In this document: piece after piece, positions 39,331 through 50,081 of the stretch | Numbering within the stretch: position 1 is the stretch's first letter | Layout: each line of letters begins with the position of its first letter | DNA from: Clostridiales bacterium | GTDB taxonomy: Bacteria > Bacillota > Clostridia > Saccharofermentanales > Saccharofermentanaceae | Direction: 5' to 3' | DNA length: 64,000 bases | Assembly: GCA_017513085.1 (NCBI GenBank) | Contig: JAFWDK010000012.1 | Span: forward strand, 1 to 64,000 | Made by a program: the position numbers and the translations under genes | The notes under the pieces: generated by a model | Databases searched by the model: none | Told to the model about the DNA's origin: nothing | Seen by the model: the letters and a program-made list of their open reading frames with translations, nothing else

Positions 39331-40014
39331 ATGGCGAAGATATTGTTAGTTGACGATGAGCCTTTGTTGCTCGAAAGTCTGGAGATCATCCTGACGATGT
39401 CCGGGGACTATGAGGTCTGCGGAAAAGCAGGAAACGGTGTGGAGGCGTTGAAACTTCTCTCCGAGACCGTGCCGGATGTGATGCTGGTCGATCTGAACAT
39501 GCCCGGAATGGGTGGGATCGAGCTGATCCCGAAGGTGCATGCGGATCATCCGAACGTGAAGATCATTGTCCTTACGACTTTCTACGATGAGAAGAACATC
39601 GCTAATGCGATTGCAGGCGGTGCGACGGGATATCTTTTGAAGGATTCCGGAAAAGATGCGATCCTAAATGCTGTTGCGCAGGCCATCAAGGGACAGAGCG
39701 TGCTGGATCTGAAGGTGATGCAGAAGCTTAACGCGATGCTGGCGTCCGGTGCGGAGGCTTCCAGGACGGCGTCGTCTTCGGGCGGGTCTTCGTCGCGGGC
39801 TGATTCTTCCGGATCGCTGGATTCGTATGGCTTGACGGAGAGAGAAAAGGAGATATGCAAACTGATCTGCGAAGGATGTACAAATGCGCAGATCGCTTCG
39901 ATCCTTTATATCAGCGAGGGCACGGTTAAGAACTATGTATCGACGATCTACGATAAGTTTGGTGAGCATGACCGGACGAAACTGGTCGTGAAACTACGGG
40001 ATTTTACCTTCTGA
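39331..40014 (+). CDS. NarL/LuxR-family response regulator
   Basis: LVDDE, VDLNMP, LTEREKEI...ISEGTVKNY. Confidence 0.95.
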   Translation: MAKILLVDDEPLLLESLEIILTMSGDYEVCGKAGNGVEALKLLSETVPDVMLVDLNMPGMGGIELIPKVHADHPNVKIIVLTTFYDEKNIANAIAGGATGYLLKDSGKDAILNAVAQAIKGQSVLDLKVMQKLNAMLASGAEASRTASSSGGSSSRADSSGSLDSYGLTEREKEICKLICEGCTNAQIASILYISEGTVKNYVSTIYDKFGEHDRTKLVVKLRDFTF

Positions 40015-40026
40015 TTATATTGACAC

Positions 40027-40074
40027 ATGACCGCAGTCATACCGCGGTCATTTTTATTTCATGACTTCGGTCAC
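40027..40074 (+). promoter_or_regulatory. Terminator hairpin overlapping ATGAC-N4-GTCAY inverted boxes (candidate response regulator sites)
   Basis: ATGAC-CGCA-GTCAT (40027-40040) and ATGAC-TTCG-GTCAC (40061-40074); stem ATGACCGCAGT/ACCGCGGTCAT + T run. Confidence 0.55.
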
Positions 40075-40185
40075 TGTTTCGCTTCCCTTAAGTTTTGTAA
40101 AGTGTTACCAGAAACACAAAAACACGGGTCTTGCGCCGCCCTGGCGCTTATCGCGTGGAAAAACTTGAAGGGGTGATTAAAAGCC

Positions 40186-41328
40186 ATGCACAATACTAAA
40201 TCGAGGCTTTCGCCGTGGCCGTATCTTCGAAATAACCGGGTGCGATCGACCGCTCTGGTGATCAGCCTTGCCATGTTTATGGTGATGATCTATGTGATGA
40301 ACTACATCATCGGCGGCACAAATGAGCCTTTCCGGAAATGCGATGTGGAAACGATGGATAGGCTTCGTATAGTTTCATCCAGAATGAATCTGGATAATAT
40401 GGATTTTGATTCCGATGAAGCATTTCTTGCCGAAGCTTGGAAGGAAGCTGCTGATTTGGGAAAGGAAATGGAGAAAGAAGAAGACGTTGTGAGAGCAGTT
40501 CCTTATGCTGCGCAATATGTTTCGCTGAATTCTTTTATCGGACAGTATGGAGTGGATTGCTATTTGTTTCAGGAGGCTTCATGTTGTGAGATGTATCTTT
40601 CCCATATGGAGGCAAAGCTTATTTCCGGAAGAATGCCTGAGAATCCAGGAGAAATCGTGGTGGACCGGAAACTTTTGGATAACCATAAAAACGATAACGA
40701 TCTCCTGAAAAGCATGGGAACTTCTTATAAAGTCGTGGGAGAGGTCTCTTCGGAATATTATCTTTGCTTTGGCATTGCCATGCCCGGGGAAAACAATGTT
40801 GTGATCCTTGCGATGGTCAAGCCCGGCAGTGATATCGATCTGCGACCGGTCGTTGAGAAGCAAGGCTATAAGGTTAGAAACTATGTCGATACGGCCGTGG
40901 CGGAGAAAAATCTTGTGGAAGGCATGGGCGGATCTCTGGATACGGTGCAGACGATCTTTACCGGAGTTTCCGGAGGACTTCTTCTTATCTGTGTATCGGT
41001 AGTCGTTGCGATCCATATCATGGACCGGCACAACGAATGGTGCCTGCTGAACTCTATCGGCTTCAGCACCTCCGAGATCTATCTGATGGCGCTCAAAGAA
41101 CTTCTGATCTGTGTTCTTCTGGCGATGATCGTCGGTACGGTCCTTTCTTTCGGATCTTGCATCCTGATGGAAAAACTCATGTATAACCCGATCGGCATTA
41201 CGATCAATATATACCGTATTGGAGCGATCCCGAGGATCCTGGCGGTTATTGCCCTTCTTCTGGGTATTGCCCAGATCCCGTTATTCAGTGGTATGAGAAA
41301 GATTCAGACGATCGATGCGATCGAATAA
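40186..41328 (+). CDS. FtsX-like ABC permease
   Basis: N-terminal TM, GRMPENPGEIV, three C-terminal TMs. Confidence 0.85.
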   Translation: MHNTKSRLSPWPYLRNNRVRSTALVISLAMFMVMIYVMNYIIGGTNEPFRKCDVETMDRLRIVSSRMNLDNMDFDSDEAFLAEAWKEAADLGKEMEKEEDVVRAVPYAAQYVSLNSFIGQYGVDCYLFQEASCCEMYLSHMEAKLISGRMPENPGEIVVDRKLLDNHKNDNDLLKSMGTSYKVVGEVSSEYYLCFGIAMPGENNVVILAMVKPGSDIDLRPVVEKQGYKVRNYVDTAVAEKNLVEGMGGSLDTVQTIFTGVSGGLLLICVSVVVAIHIMDRHNEWCLLNSIGFSTSEIYLMALKELLICVLLAMIVGTVLSFGSCILMEKLMYNPIGITINIYRIGAIPRILAVIALLLGIAQIPLFSGMRKIQTIDAIE

Positions 41329-41345
41329 GTTTAGGAGAAATTACT

Positions 41346-42020
41346 ATGTTTACATTAAAAGATGCAACCATGATCTACGATATGGATAAAGAAGAAAAGG
41401 TGTATGCGATGAAGAGCATTAATGCTACATTCCCGGATACAGGACTTGTCGGTATCATCGGCCCTTCCGGTTCAGGAAAGTCCACGCTTATGTATACGAT
41501 GTCCACGCTGAAAAAACTGACGTCTGGTGATGTTTCCTATAACGGAAAATCTCTTTCGTCCATCAGTGATTCGGAGAAGCAGAACCTGCGACGCAATGAG
41601 TTCGGTTTCGTGTTCCAGCGCCACTATCTTATCAATTACATGACGGCGCTGGATAATGCGATCGTGGCGGCCAATATCCCGGTTTCGGAAGCGAAGGAAA
41701 AGGCCGAAAAACTTCTCCTGGAAATCGGATTGAAGAAGAGTGAACTGAAGCATAAGCCATCCAAGCTTTCCGGCGGACAAAGACAAAGAGTTGCCATTGC
41801 AAGAGCCATGATGAACGATCCGAAAGTGCTTTTCGCGGATGAGCCGACGGCATCTCTGGATCACGAGAATGCTTTCATGGTTATGGAACGGCTGAAGGAA
41901 TATGCCAAGGACAGACTTGTTGTGGTGATCACGCACGATACCAGCATTATTTCGGATGCGGACATGACGATCAAGATCTGGGATGGGAAGATCGCTGACG
42001 TGGAGACGAAGGGAGTGTAA
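41346..42020 (+). CDS. ABC transporter ATPase (LolD/MacB-like)
   Basis: GPSGSGKS, LSGGQRQR, FADEPT, ITHD. Confidence 0.96.
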   Translation: MFTLKDATMIYDMDKEEKVYAMKSINATFPDTGLVGIIGPSGSGKSTLMYTMSTLKKLTSGDVSYNGKSLSSISDSEKQNLRRNEFGFVFQRHYLINYMTALDNAIVAANIPVSEAKEKAEKLLLEIGLKKSELKHKPSKLSGGQRQRVAIARAMMNDPKVLFADEPTASLDHENAFMVMERLKEYAKDRLVVVITHDTSIISDADMTIKIWDGKIADVETKGV

Positions 42021-42022
42021 GC

Positions 42023-43120
42023 ATGAGACCTTTTTCTGCATTTACGTATTTTCGGAATAACCGTCTGCGCGTGCTGGTGCTGATCCTGATGATGTCTTTT
42101 ATCACGGTTTGTTTTATCGGTGGCATGTATGTGGATAATCCGGGCGAGATCTTCCGTATCACGCTTGAGGGGGAGAACCGTTTTCTGGTGCTGGATACGC
42201 GTGGTACCAGTAACGATTCGATCGACCAATACAGGGAGCTTCAGGGAAAACTGTCTTCTTACTTGCCGGAAGATATTTCTACGATCATCTATTTGAACCG
42301 TTACTATGAGGATTTTGACAGTATCATGGGGTTTAACTGTACGACCGATCATTATATTTTCCAGTCTGCAGAGGATTTTGAACTGTTTAAAACAAGGACC
42401 GGTCTTGTCCCGGAAGATGTCCATCTGAAAAACGGAGAGACGGTCATGAGCGAGCAGCTGGCCAATAACCAGGGTGTTCATGTTGGGGAGAATCTCCCGA
42501 AAAGGAAGGGACTTACACTTGTGGCGACAATGAAAGTTCCGGGAATGCGAGCCTATTCTGTTTATGATATGAGTGGTACGAACGCCATGATGATCGTCGG
42601 AAATGACGCGAACTTTACCGTCGAGAGGAGCCGGGAGTTTGCCGATGCAGCCAAAAAGATCGAATCGGACTATCCTTTGGTTTGGACGCAGACGTATAGC
42701 ACGGACCTGGAAGAAACCGAGTTTGAGCTGTCATTTATGTACTATATTTTCTTCGCGATCGTTATCGTCGTCGTGATCGTTCTGCTGGTTACGATCAACG
42801 CTGCATTTACTGCTGCTTATGACAAGAGAAAACATGAGTTTGCCATCTACAAAGCTCTTGGTTTTACTAAATTCCAGATCTTCCGGAAGATTGCTTCCGA
42901 GGTCCTTCTGATGAACCTTTTTGCCATTGTCATCGGCGCATGCATCAACGCTGGTCTGGTCTTGGTTTTAAATCAAGTGCTCTGGAGTTCAGGACAGTAT
43001 TTTCCGCGTGTCTCTAAACTTGCTTTGATCGGTACCGTGCTTGCCGAGATGTTGATCGTGGTGACCATCATTTTCCTGAACTGGAAGAAGGTCAGAAAGT
43101 GTGAAGTGACGGAAGATTGA
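42023..43120 (+). CDS. FtsX-like ABC permease
   Basis: RKHEFAIYKALG motif, 4-TM topology. Confidence 0.88.
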   Translation: MRPFSAFTYFRNNRLRVLVLILMMSFITVCFIGGMYVDNPGEIFRITLEGENRFLVLDTRGTSNDSIDQYRELQGKLSSYLPEDISTIIYLNRYYEDFDSIMGFNCTTDHYIFQSAEDFELFKTRTGLVPEDVHLKNGETVMSEQLANNQGVHVGENLPKRKGLTLVATMKVPGMRAYSVYDMSGTNAMMIVGNDANFTVERSREFADAAKKIESDYPLVWTQTYSTDLEETEFELSFMYYIFFAIVIVVVIVLLVTINAAFTAAYDKRKHEFAIYKALGFTKFQIFRKIASEVLLMNLFAIVIGACINAGLVLVLNQVLWSSGQYFPRVSKLALIGTVLAEMLIVVTIIFLNWKKVRKCEVTED

Positions 43121-43147
43121 AGCGGATGGTTGGAATTGGAGAAAGTT

Positions 43148-43191
43148 GGAGAAAGTCGCATTCCTCATTTTTCTCGATTGCGACTTTCTCC
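43148..43191. terminator. Hairpin after the ABC operon
   Basis: GGAGAAAGTCGCA...TGCGACTTTCTCC. Confidence 0.6.
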
Positions 43192-43320
43192 CGCGCTTGA
43201 ATGGAAAGTCGGATCAATGCTCCGCGCTTTTTCTGGTAGAATGTGTACATAAGGATTACACATCTTTCGTTTATACTGAAAACAGAAACGATGAAGAACA
43301 GCGCGGAGGAGATCGGAAAG

Positions 43321-44928
43321 TTGAAGCAGCACTATACCCGAATGACGATAGTGATATGTGTGTTGATCCTTGTAGCGGTCCTGCTGGGTGGACTGTTCTT
43401 TTCTTATGCGAAAGTGAGTGCGATCAATGACGAGTATTTCGATTCATTAAGCGATCTTCATGAGACATTCGGCAGTAAATTTCAGAATGATTATTCCTCA
43501 TATACTGAAGAAATCTGCAATGCGTGTATCAATTGGCGGTACTTCACCATGCTCCGTGAAGAAGATGTCGGCTATTCAGGTTCTTTTGAATGGGAAGACT
43601 TGGTGACAAAAGAGATCCGCACGATCAAGTCGCAGGATTTTGTGAGGGTATATTATCTGCTTTCTGACGAACTTCGGGAGACAGAACAGAACCGCATCCT
43701 TCTGATCGATGAAAGCTTCGGGTATGGTAAGGTCCCTATGATGCTTGACTTTTCGGTCAATGCCAAGTGTGATGCGGTCTTTCTTTATGACGGCTTTATC
43801 ACCTATAAGCTTCGTTCCGGAGAGGAAACGAATACTTACTTTTTCGGAAAACCTAAACAGCTGGCCACGGTTCTGGAATATGAGGATACGGATTGGACTT
43901 CTTCAAAAGAACTCTACGGGGATTACTATTCGATGGCGAACAGTGCGTCTCAGGCGAGGCTGAATGAGGAAGCTTCGGAAATGTATACGAAGGTGATGGA
44001 GCAATACGAGAACGGCAAAGGCCTGAAGCTTTCGGAAAAAGGCTTTTGGACATCTTTCTGCATTTTTTCGGCGAGGACTTCGGGAAGAACGCCGGCGATG
44101 AGTTCCTGGGATACTTTTGTGTTTCATCCGATGAGGATCGTGTTCTTCCGATATATCCATGTGTATCTTCTGGCGCTTGTTGTTCTGCTGTTTATTCAGG
44201 GATCGGTCATCTTTGTGATGAGGAAAATGTATGTCAACCGGAGAAACTTCGAGGCGAGAAGCCGGAAACTGGCTAGGAGTGTGGCGCATGAGCTGAAAAC
44301 TCCGCTTGCAGTGACGAAGGCGTATGTGGAAAATTGGGAATATATTGATGAGAACGATCGGCCGGAGGTGGCCGAGAAGATCAATTCGGAAGTGGATCAT
44401 ATGACGAAGATGGTCAATAACCTGCTGAAACTCTCGAAAATGGACTCCGGAGATGTGCAGATCAATGCGGAAGAAGTGGAACTTCTCTCGTTGACGAAGT
44501 CGGTCTATAAGAGAATGGAGCCGCTTGTTCTGGAACGGGAGCTGGAGGTTTCTTGGAAGACCGATGAAGAGAACGGTGAATACTGTGTTTCGGCTGATCT
44601 GGAGATGATCCGCATGGTGATCGGAAACTTCTTATCCAATGCGTTGAAGTTTGCAAAGAAGAATGTTGTGATCTCGTTTGAGAAGAACGGAAAGAATGTG
44701 CGCTTCTCAATCAGAAATGACGGGACGACGATCGATCCGAAAGACAGTAAGAAAATATGGGATCTTTTCTATAAGACGGATAATGCGCGCACGGAACGGT
44801 TGAGCAGCAGCGGCGTGGGACTTGCGGCCAATAAGAGTATCCTGGAACTGCATAAGGCCGGATATGGTGTGAAGTGCGGCAAAGAAGAGACGGAATTCTG
44901 GTTTGAGATGAAGAAGGTGAAGAAATGA
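43321..44928 (+). CDS. Sensor histidine kinase (HisKA + HATPase, extracytoplasmic sensor)
   Basis: VAHELKTPL, NFLSNALKF, GVGLA; start uncertain (TTG 43321 after GGAGGA, or ATG 43291). Confidence 0.92.
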   Translation: MKQHYTRMTIVICVLILVAVLLGGLFFSYAKVSAINDEYFDSLSDLHETFGSKFQNDYSSYTEEICNACINWRYFTMLREEDVGYSGSFEWEDLVTKEIRTIKSQDFVRVYYLLSDELRETEQNRILLIDESFGYGKVPMMLDFSVNAKCDAVFLYDGFITYKLRSGEETNTYFFGKPKQLATVLEYEDTDWTSSKELYGDYYSMANSASQARLNEEASEMYTKVMEQYENGKGLKLSEKGFWTSFCIFSARTSGRTPAMSSWDTFVFHPMRIVFFRYIHVYLLALVVLLFIQGSVIFVMRKMYVNRRNFEARSRKLARSVAHELKTPLAVTKAYVENWEYIDENDRPEVAEKINSEVDHMTKMVNNLLKLSKMDSGDVQINAEEVELLSLTKSVYKRMEPLVLERELEVSWKTDEENGEYCVSADLEMIRMVIGNFLSNALKFAKKNVVISFEKNGKNVRFSIRNDGTTIDPKDSKKIWDLFYKTDNARTERLSSSGVGLAANKSILELHKAGYGVKCGKEETEFWFEMKKVKK

Positions 44929-45614
44929 CACAGGACAAGCAGTATAGAGTGCTTCTGGCTGAGGATGATGTAGCGCTTCGTTCCATTGCGGCGACCGTTT
45001 TCAGAAAGAACGGATATGAAGTGGACGTGGTCGGGAACGGGGACGATGCCTGTGTGATGGTCGAGAGAAATCAGTATGATGCGATCATATTGGACATCAT
45101 GATGCCCGGTAAAGACGGAAAAGAAGTCTGCAAGTATATCCGGAGCCGTTATGACGTGCCGGTGATCTTCCTGACTGCTTTGGGTTCGGAGAACGATATC
45201 GTGGCGGGCTACGAGATCGGTGCGGATGAGTATGTGACCAAGCCGTATTCCACGAAGCTTCTTCTCATGAAGCTCAATGCCCTGATCACGCGTTATCGGG
45301 GTCTTCTGGTGAAGGAAGGGCGGATCGTGGTCGATGAGATCGTGATCGAGCCGGCAAGAAGACAGGTTACCGTAAACGGCAAAAAGATCGAGGTCTCGCC
45401 GAAAGAATATGATCTGCTGCTTTTCTTCGTGGAGAATAAGGAGCGTATCTTGAGCCGTGAACTGATCCTGGACAAGGTCTGGGGCGACGATTACGAAGGG
45501 TATGACCGGGCGGTCGATACCTATGTCAAAAAACTGCGCGCGACGCTGGGCGATGCAAGTTACCACATCGAGACCGTGATCAAGTGCGGATATATGTGGA
45601 AAAACAAAGCGTAA
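44925..45614 (+). CDS. OmpR-family response regulator
   Basis: LAEDD, LDIMMP, GADEYVTKP, winged helix RAVDTYVKKLR. Confidence 0.95.
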   Translation: MTQDKQYRVLLAEDDVALRSIAATVFRKNGYEVDVVGNGDDACVMVERNQYDAIILDIMMPGKDGKEVCKYIRSRYDVPVIFLTALGSENDIVAGYEIGADEYVTKPYSTKLLLMKLNALITRYRGLLVKEGRIVVDEIVIEPARRQVTVNGKKIEVSPKEYDLLLFFVENKERILSRELILDKVWGDDYEGYDRAVDTYVKKLRATLGDASYHIETVIKCGYMWKNKA

Positions 45615-45632
45615 CGACAGATGCCGTTACGC
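45609..45632. terminator. Hairpin between convergent genes
   Basis: GCGTAACG-N8-CGTTACGC. Confidence 0.5.
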
Positions 45633-45658
45633 CTATACTGCAAGTTTGTGATTTCGGA

Positions 45659-47269
45659 TCATCCCCACAATGCTGTGAGCATCGGGATGATCTGTTTCTT
45701 TCTCGACATGACGCCCGGAAGGAATACGTGATTGTCTTTCGGCTCGACGTTGAAGGCGAAGCGGATGGTGTCGTCCTCGCCGACGTAGAGGAGCTCGGTG
45801 CCTTCCTGCAAAACATCGGTAAGCATCAGGATCACGAAGTCGTAGCCGCGCTCGGTGCGGAGCGTGTTCATGTGAGCAAGGAATTCGTCCTTTCTGTCGA
45901 GCATCTTGAACGAGTCGATGCAGATGATCTGCGCCACGCCAAGAGTATGCTCGGCGATATGGAATTCTTTGAAGTCCGCCTTGAAAAGCTCTTCCACCGT
46001 TTTGCTCTCAAATGAGGAGGCGAAGAGGTCGTGCCCGAGTTCGTCGATCGAGACGCCGGCGATCCTTGCCAGGCGTTCGGCCATGGCGATGTCGCGCTGG
46101 GTGCAGGTCGGGGATTTGAACATGACGGTATCGGAAAGGATCGCTGCGCACATGAGGCCGGCCATCTTGACCGAAGGCATGACGCCGTTTTCCTGATAGA
46201 GTTCCGTAATGATCGTCGTCGTGCTGCCGACAGGTTCGTTACGCATCGCGATCGGCTGGGTCGTCTGGATATCCGCGAGGCGGTGGTGGTCGATGATCCC
46301 TAAGATCTCGGCCTGCTCAAGTCCCGGAACAGCCTGAGCCAATTCGTTATGGTCGACCAGAACGACTCTTTTTCTTCTGGGACGCAGCAAATGGTAACGT
46401 GACAGGGTTCCGACGACTTTTCCGTTCTCGTCTAATACAGGATAGCTTCTGAAACGGCTCTTCAGCACGACTTCACGTACATCGTCGATATAGTCGGTCA
46501 GGTGGAAGCACTCGATGTCACCGGTAAAGCAGGCTCGTGCGATCGGGATCGCCTGATAGATCAGCTTGGCGACTTTGTTGGCGTCTAAAGGAGTGGAAAT
46601 GACACAGGTCGAAGTCGGCTTGGAGAACCAGGACGGATCAACGTCCGTCTGGCAAAGGATCAGGCAGTTAACACCTATCTCGAGGGCGCGCTTGACCATG
46701 TCATCCTGATTTCCGCAGATGACGATGGAATCTTTCGAACTGAACAGAAGGTTCTCACAGGTCTGCGGAAGGGCAATGGAGATCTCGCCGGAGATGGCGT
46801 CCACGGTGATATCGTTTTCGTTGACGATCCGTCCTTCGAGTACGCTTAGAAGGTTGAAGAGCGGTACATCGTCGATCCTTGGTTCGTGGATGGTCGACAT
46901 GTTATAGGATGCGATATCGCTGGAGGAGAGTATGCCGTGAAGCGTACCGTCCTCGTTGATGACCGGGATCACGGTGGTCTGTCCGTCGTTCATGGTATTC
47001 CACGCAAGCTCAAGCGTGACGGATGCATTTAACGCCGGAGGAGTATCGAAATCCAGATCTTTGACCTGGGTACGTACGTCGCGCAGACGCATCGGTGTTT
47101 CAAAACCGAACCTCTGGAGCATTCTCTTGGTCTCGTCACTCAGGTGATCAAGGCGGGCGGCGGTGTAGTCCTGTTCGCCCAGCGCATGCTTCAGTGCCGT
47201 ATAAGCCATCGCCGATACGACGGTATCGGTGTCCGGATTCTTGTGACCAACAACATAGATCTCACTCAT
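45659..47269 (-). CDS. ppaC: Mn-dependent inorganic pyrophosphatase with CBS/DRTGG insert
   Basis: GHKNPDTD, LVDHNE, IIDHH, AILSDT, DFKEF, MSRKKQ. Confidence 0.95.
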   Translation of the reverse strand: MSEIYVVGHKNPDTDTVVSAMAYTALKHALGEQDYTAARLDHLSDETKRMLQRFGFETPMRLRDVRTQVKDLDFDTPPALNASVTLELAWNTMNDGQTTVIPVINEDGTLHGILSSSDIASYNMSTIHEPRIDDVPLFNLLSVLEGRIVNENDITVDAISGEISIALPQTCENLLFSSKDSIVICGNQDDMVKRALEIGVNCLILCQTDVDPSWFSKPTSTCVISTPLDANKVAKLIYQAIPIARACFTGDIECFHLTDYIDDVREVVLKSRFRSYPVLDENGKVVGTLSRYHLLRPRRKRVVLVDHNELAQAVPGLEQAEILGIIDHHRLADIQTTQPIAMRNEPVGSTTTIITELYQENGVMPSVKMAGLMCAAILSDTVMFKSPTCTQRDIAMAERLARIAGVSIDELGHDLFASSFESKTVEELFKADFKEFHIAEHTLGVAQIICIDSFKMLDRKDEFLAHMNTLRTERGYDFVILMLTDVLQEGTELLYVGEDDTIRFAFNVEPKDNHVFLPGVMSRKKQIIPMLTALWG

Positions 47270-47359
47270 TGTTTTTCCCTCGCTTGCTATTTCAGATATA
47301 TAACCGGTCCGGAAAGCCTGGTAGTGGTATCGGGATCGGTGGCGGAGCACCTCCCGGGA

Positions 47360-48844
47360 TCAGACCTGGAAGACGAATCCGTAGAAGTCGAAGAGGTTTC
47401 TTCCTTCCATATAGTGACCGCCCCAGCCCTTGTAGCGTCCTTCTACGAGGAAGTAGATCGCGTGCTTGCCGGTAAGTCCTTCAACGGTAGCCGTAACGAT
47501 GCCGGCGTTAGAAGAGAAGGAGCAGGAACCGATCTCGTGTCCTTCGTGGGACAGACCGAAACGATCGGTGTATTCCTTGGCGGAGAACTGCTCGAGGACC
47601 TTGCCGCTGAAACCGTACACCTGGGTGGAAGCGGACTCTCTGGCCGCCATCTTATCCTTGGCATTCGGCTCATCCGGGAAGATCGGACGGGCATATTTCC
47701 GGAGAGCTTCTTCCGGCACGCCGTCGGCGAAGATATGGATCGTGCCGCTCATGTAGCAGTTGTCCAGCTTCATGACGCACTTCATCTCGCTTCCGGAGTG
47801 GTTGCCGAAATCGTAGTATTTGAAACCGAAAACGGAACCGTCGGAGATCTTCGTGATACACTGGTCGAAAGGCGTTCTCTCCGTGATCGTCGCTCCGTTC
47901 GTGAGCACGCAAGCCATCTGCGGATTGATCATCCTGTACGGATTGAGAACATCCTCGAATCCCTGAGAAGTCATCTCCGCCTGGGTAAATGTGCCGTCAT
48001 CCTTGAGTTCAAGCTTGTCGACACAGCCGACACGGCTCATGATGGAACCATTTGTCATCTTATGGTAGAAGATGTACCACTGGTCGCCGACTTTGCCGAC
48101 AGAACCATGGTCGTTTCCGCCCGGATAGTCGCAACCGGAATCCACGAGTGTACCCTTGAATTCAAAAGGACCCGTCGGGGAGTCGGATACGGCGTAGACC
48201 AGCTGGCTGGTGGGCTCTGCGGAAGAATAGATCATGTAGTACTTGCCGTTGATCTTTCTCGGCGAACAAGCCTCGAAGAAATAGAACGGCGCCGTGTTCG
48301 GGATGATGTCCATCTTAAAAGATCCGTCGATGACTTCGTACATGTTGTCCGGGTTGACCTCGACCATGTAGGAGCGGAGGAAGCCGCAGTAAACATAGAC
48401 GCGTCCGTCATCGTCGACCAGAACGCCCGGATCGATGAAGATACCGCCGTCCGGGTGATTCTCGATGTTGTACTTGTAGCGGGAAATCAGCTTAAAAGGA
48501 CCTTCCGGCTTGTCGGCAACGGCTACGCAGCCTGCAGCATTCTGAATATATGCGTAAAGGTAGTATTTCCCGTCCTTTTCCACAACGTCCGGCGCGAAGA
48601 GGCGGCCGTCCGTCCAATCCGTGTCGGAAGGATGTCCGGGAAAATCTCTGGTGGCAAAAGCAATACCGTGGGAAGTCCAGTTGGTCGGGTCGCTGACCGG
48701 TGCGGACCAGACTTTCAGACAGAAATCACAGAATTCATCAGTGTCGGCATTATCATGGGATCCGTAGATGTAGACACGGTCTCCGAAGATACGCGGTTCG
48801 CCGTCCGGAATATGTTCCCACATGGGTAAATATGGATTTGCCAT
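47360..48844 (-). CDS. Glycoside hydrolase family 43 with C-terminal CBM-like domain, no signal peptide
   Basis: PDGEP, LFAPD, FIDPGVLVDDDG, FFEA, GNDHGS. Confidence 0.88.
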   Translation of the reverse strand: MANPYLPMWEHIPDGEPRIFGDRVYIYGSHDNADTDEFCDFCLKVWSAPVSDPTNWTSHGIAFATRDFPGHPSDTDWTDGRLFAPDVVEKDGKYYLYAYIQNAAGCVAVADKPEGPFKLISRYKYNIENHPDGGIFIDPGVLVDDDGRVYVYCGFLRSYMVEVNPDNMYEVIDGSFKMDIIPNTAPFYFFEACSPRKINGKYYMIYSSAEPTSQLVYAVSDSPTGPFEFKGTLVDSGCDYPGGNDHGSVGKVGDQWYIFYHKMTNGSIMSRVGCVDKLELKDDGTFTQAEMTSQGFEDVLNPYRMINPQMACVLTNGATITERTPFDQCITKISDGSVFGFKYYDFGNHSGSEMKCVMKLDNCYMSGTIHIFADGVPEEALRKYARPIFPDEPNAKDKMAARESASTQVYGFSGKVLEQFSAKEYTDRFGLSHEGHEIGSCSFSSNAGIVTATVEGLTGKHAIYFLVEGRYKGWGGHYMEGRNLFDFYGFVFQV

Positions 48845-48942
48845 AGAAAAATCTCCTTTATGTTCAGCAAGTTTTTTTCAATTATAGCAAAATCGGAACG
48901 ATAAATGTATAATCAAATAGTTTAGGAAAGGAAGATCCGCTG

Positions 48943-49971
48943 ATGCATTTTTATCCGTTCGTTGATTCATACTGTATGTTCTTCATTTATGCCTTCCTGG
49001 GATGGATCCTGGAAGTTATCTATTACGGCATCGATGAGGGAAGATTCATCAACAGAGGATTTCTTAACGGCCCGCTTTGCCCGGTCTACGGCGTCGGCTT
49101 TTACGGCGTTATCCTGATCCTCGAGAAGATCAAGTTCAATTTCTTCCTTTTGTTCTTCGGCTCCATGATCATCTGCACATTCGTCGAATTCTGGGCCGGA
49201 TACATTCTTTTCAAGATCTTCAAGATGCGCTGGTGGGACTACACGGACGAGAAACTGAACCTTTGGGGTTTTATCTGTCCGAAGTTCTCTCTTTACTGGG
49301 GCATCGCCTGTTCTTTCGGTATTTACGTCCTGCACCCGAGCGTGCTGTGGCTTCTCAATAAGACACCGGACTGGCTTCAGATCCTGACACTCGGCTTTTT
49401 GTCGATCATACTGGTCTGCGATATCGTCGCGACGGTATGCGCGCTGGTGGGCCTGAAGAAGCGGATCCTCATTATCGGCGGTATTTCCGGCGAGATGAAG
49501 GTGATCTCGGACAAGATCGGCGGCGGGATCTATGGCGGCGTCGATACGGTCATCACGAAGAGTCAGCCGACCCGAGATGCCTATAATGACTGGCGGGAGC
49601 TTTACCGTAAGCATCGTAAGGAGGAAAAAGCACTGGCCAAGGTCCATCGTGATGAGGAGCGGGCGCTTCTTGCCAAGATGAAGCCGAAGGAGATCAAGAT
49701 CGGAAGTCCGAAGGAGGCCTTGGGCAATACCAAGGATGCGATCGGGAAGAAGGTCACCGGGTTTGCCAAGCTGGTGCGCCATACCGAGAAGCGTATCGTG
49801 CAGACCGTAAGCATCAATATCAGCGGCTACGGTAAGATCGCGTTAAGCAATATCAGCAACTTGAGCAAGCGTCTCCCACGCATCCGTGGCGGTGCAAGTG
49901 AGGAAGCGGTCGAGAAAGAGGAATTCCTCAAGCAGATCGAAATGCTTGAAAATAATGAAGATGACGAGTAA
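48943..49971 (+). CDS. CmpB/TMEM229-like putative ABC permease membrane protein
   Basis: FLGWILE, NRGFLNGPLCPVYG, RWWDY, GFICPKFS. Confidence 0.85.
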   Translation: MHFYPFVDSYCMFFIYAFLGWILEVIYYGIDEGRFINRGFLNGPLCPVYGVGFYGVILILEKIKFNFFLLFFGSMIICTFVEFWAGYILFKIFKMRWWDYTDEKLNLWGFICPKFSLYWGIACSFGIYVLHPSVLWLLNKTPDWLQILTLGFLSIILVCDIVATVCALVGLKKRILIIGGISGEMKVISDKIGGGIYGGVDTVITKSQPTRDAYNDWRELYRKHRKEEKALAKVHRDEERALLAKMKPKEIKIGSPKEALGNTKDAIGKKVTGFAKLVRHTEKRIVQTVSINISGYGKIALSNISNLSKRLPRIRGGASEEAVEKEEFLKQIEMLENNEDDE

Positions 49972-50081
49972 TTCGTTTTTTGTTTAATCTTTTAATATAT
50001 TTTAATATGTGGTATCCTAAACGTAATTTGGGGCACGGCGCTGACTCGCTTGAGCGGCTTCGTGGATAAGGATGCTTTGAG

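Noticed and set aside
47144-48829. 561-aa plus-strand ORF
   Set aside because: Antisense shadow of the GH43 gene; no motifs; expected with GC-biased codon usage
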